Part shown: positions 61,166 through 64,000 of the stretch, piece by piece | Position numbering within the stretch: position 1 is the first letter of the stretch | Layout: every line of letters starts with the position of its first letter | From: the human T2T-CHM13v2.0 reference genome, Homo sapiens | DNA: 64,000 nt | Reading direction: 5' to 3' (one strand) | NCBI RefSeq assembly: GCF_009914755.1 | Contig: NC_060926.1 | Program-made: the position numbers and the translations under genes | The notes under the pieces: generated by a model | The model's database searches: none | Seen by the model: the letters and a program-made list of their open reading frames with translations, nothing else | What the model was told of the DNA's origin: nothing

Positions 61166-61461
61166 GGCTGAGCGCAGTGGCCAACGCCTGTAATCCAGCA
61201 TTTGGGGAGGCCGAGGTGGACAGATGACGAGGTCAGGAGATTGAGACCATCCTGGCTAACACAGTGAAACCCCGTCTCTACTAAAAATACAAAAAAAATT
61301 AGCCGGGCGTGGTGGCAGGTGCCTGTAGTCCCAGCTACTCAGGAGGCTGAGGCAGGAGAATGGGTGAACCCAGGAGGTGGAGCTTCCAGTGAGCGGAGAT
61401 CGTGCCACTGCACTCCAGCCTGGGTGACAGAGCGAGGTTCCATCTCAAAAAAAAAAAAAAA
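61166..61461 (+). mobile_element. AluY-like inserted at the end of a MIR (~60960-61165)
   Basis: TSD AAATGTGCTTGG; MIR core cctcagtttcctcctctgtaa. Confidence 0.88.
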
Positions 61462-62213
61462 GGCAAATGTGCTTGGGACATCATCTGTAACCAATGAAAC
61501 CTAGCAATGATAATGGACATGATTATTATAATTACTGTAAATCTTTTCATAAAGTCTGTGTGAGGATTGATACTGCCCAAACCATGTCCTGTTCCTCAAA
61601 GCTTTGTGTTCCGTCTGCTTTTGAGTTATCTGGGCCCTCAGTGACTTGTGTGGCTTTCATGGGAGTAGAAACTTTGCTCTCAGCCTCCTCTTCTGCAGCG
61701 CTGGGATCTGGCTCCACTTCCTCTAGTGTCCATACACATCTGTGTTCTCCCCACCCCTTTCATACAGCCCCAGCTGAGTTTTTAAATCTTCAACCTACTA
61801 CTTTAAAAGTTTGATTTTCCATCCTATCATTGGTGAGGCCAACAGCGTCTGTTCTATCAGTGAATACTCCTTCCCTTTTCCTTCATTCCCAGTGCTCTGG
61901 TTTTGGCACCATGAAGAGAACCTAAGTTTTTAAACTGCACCTTCCAATGTCATTCTAAGTGGCTGTGAACCATGGCAGTAGAAAGTATGCCTATACCTGA
62001 GGGCTGCTAGCTCACCTCTTCATTCTGACTGTCTTCATGGCAGGTACAATGCCGACACATGGTTGTGTGCTAGACCTCACTCATCACTAAGATGCTCAAA
62101 ATCAACAAATCGCTACCATGGTCCAGTTCTTCTGTTACATACAGGTTCCCACGCTGCTGCAAATCTCACTGAATTCCGCTTGTCTACCTAATAGTTTCTA
62201 AGACTTTATCTGA

Positions 62214-62900
62214 TACAGTTGGCCCTCCATATCCATGTGTTCCACATGCATGAATTCATCCAACCACAGATTGAAAATATTTGGGAAAAAATGGATGGTT
62301 GCTTCTGTACTGAACATGCACAAACTTTGTTTCTTGACACTATTACCTAAACGAGACAGTATAATAAGTATTTACATAGCATTTATACTGTACTAGGTAT
62401 TATTTATAATTATAGAGTTGATTTAAAGTTATACAGGAGGTGGGGCTAGAAGCAGCGGTTCACACCTATAACCCTAGCGCTTTGGGAGGCTTAGGAAGGT
62501 GAATTGCTTGAGGCCAGGAGTTTGAGACCAACCTGGGCAACACAGCAAAACCTATCTCCACAAAAAAAAATTTTTAAATAAGCCCGGTGTAGTGGTACAT
62601 GCCTGTAGTCTTAGCTACTTGGAAGGCTAAGGCAGGAGGATTCCTTAAGTCCAGGAGTTCAAATCTGCAGTGAGCTGTGAATGCCACTGCACTCCAGCCT
62701 GGACAACAGAGGGAGACTCTGTCTCTTAAAAAATACATAAATATAATAAAAGTATTTTTTAAAAATAAAGTATATGGGAGGATTTCAATAAGTTATATAT
62801 AAATACTGCACCATTTTGTATAATGAACTTGAGCATTCATGGATTTTGGTATTCACAGGGAGTTCCTGGAACCAAACCCCCATAGATAATGGGGGACAAC
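62214..62900. mobile_element. MER2 (Tigger) with nested AluJ (62443-62745)
   Basis: Termini CAGTTGGCCCTCC...GGGGGACAACT. Confidence 0.75.
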
Positions 62901-63310
62901 TATATATCTGAACATTGTAATTAAATATTTGTGCCTTGCAAACATAATGGTGATTATAAAGTAATTACTTTTCAGAGACACATATTTGGGTCTAATGTAT
63001 AACATCTGATACAGCTTTATATAGTTCCTCAAATAAGTAAATTTCTAATTGGAGTTTGGTGATACTTTTTCTTCGTAAAATATATCATACTACAGCCCTA
63101 AATACAAGATAAAGATGTGAACTGAGTAGGCTATAAAGTTCCTTTCAGTTGTAACCTTTCTGTGATTCTAAACATAGGTACATTTTATGAATAATTTTTT
63201 AAATTCACCTTTTTTGCTAAAAATTATAAACAAGTCTTATTTATTTTGCAAAATAATTGAGCATCATCTAATCTATATTGGATGTGCTTTAATAATTTGG
63301 TAAAAATACA

Positions 63311-63669
<359 letters not shown>

Positions 63670-64000
63670 CTAGTAAGTTAAGATACCATAAACAAGAAAA
63701 ATAAGAGTGCTTTACTAAATTCTACATACTCTGAATTTTATGTCTAAAAATATTTAATTATTTTATTATTAATAGTGAATGCAGCTTACAAATTATTATT
63801 AAAGTAAAATTGGTGTTTGATGAGTACAACGGTAATATATCAATAGTTACTATATCCGTAATGTTCTTTTCCACCTCTGGTGCAATGTGAGCTCTTTGGA
63901 ACATGGCCTTATCAGCTGCTGATTCTGGGACTCACTTGGCCCTGTGAGCATCCCTTTGGACTCTGGCCAATCAGCCTGAGGGAACTTTTGTTCTCAGTGG

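Overview
Human/primate genomic DNA from the SULT1C cluster (recognised as chr2q12 from the protein; not verifiable here). The one intact gene is SULT1C4 on the + strand: 7 coding exons over 29241-38335, all GT-AG, splicing to 909 nt (302 aa + stop). Upstream are eroded exons of another SULT1C-like unprocessed pseudogene (~16.3-20.2 kb) and two local inverted duplications. The SULT1C4 promoter/5' UTR holds a 162-bp tandem duplication and an in-frame uORF. Downstream is a nested, deleted retroelement pile (L1, MER4, HUERS-P/LTR1-type, HERV-I pol/env/LTR10). Its p53-motif-bearing 3' LTR abuts, in sense, a polyadenylated retrocopy fragment of what I recognise as the lncRNA NORAD, with six perfect Pumilio elements. 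The rest is Alu/L1/L2/MIR/LTR/DNA-transposon sequence, and nearly all ORF-track entries are repeat-derived. Repeat family names and NORAD were assigned by eye from memory; boundaries are approximate unless a TSD is quoted.
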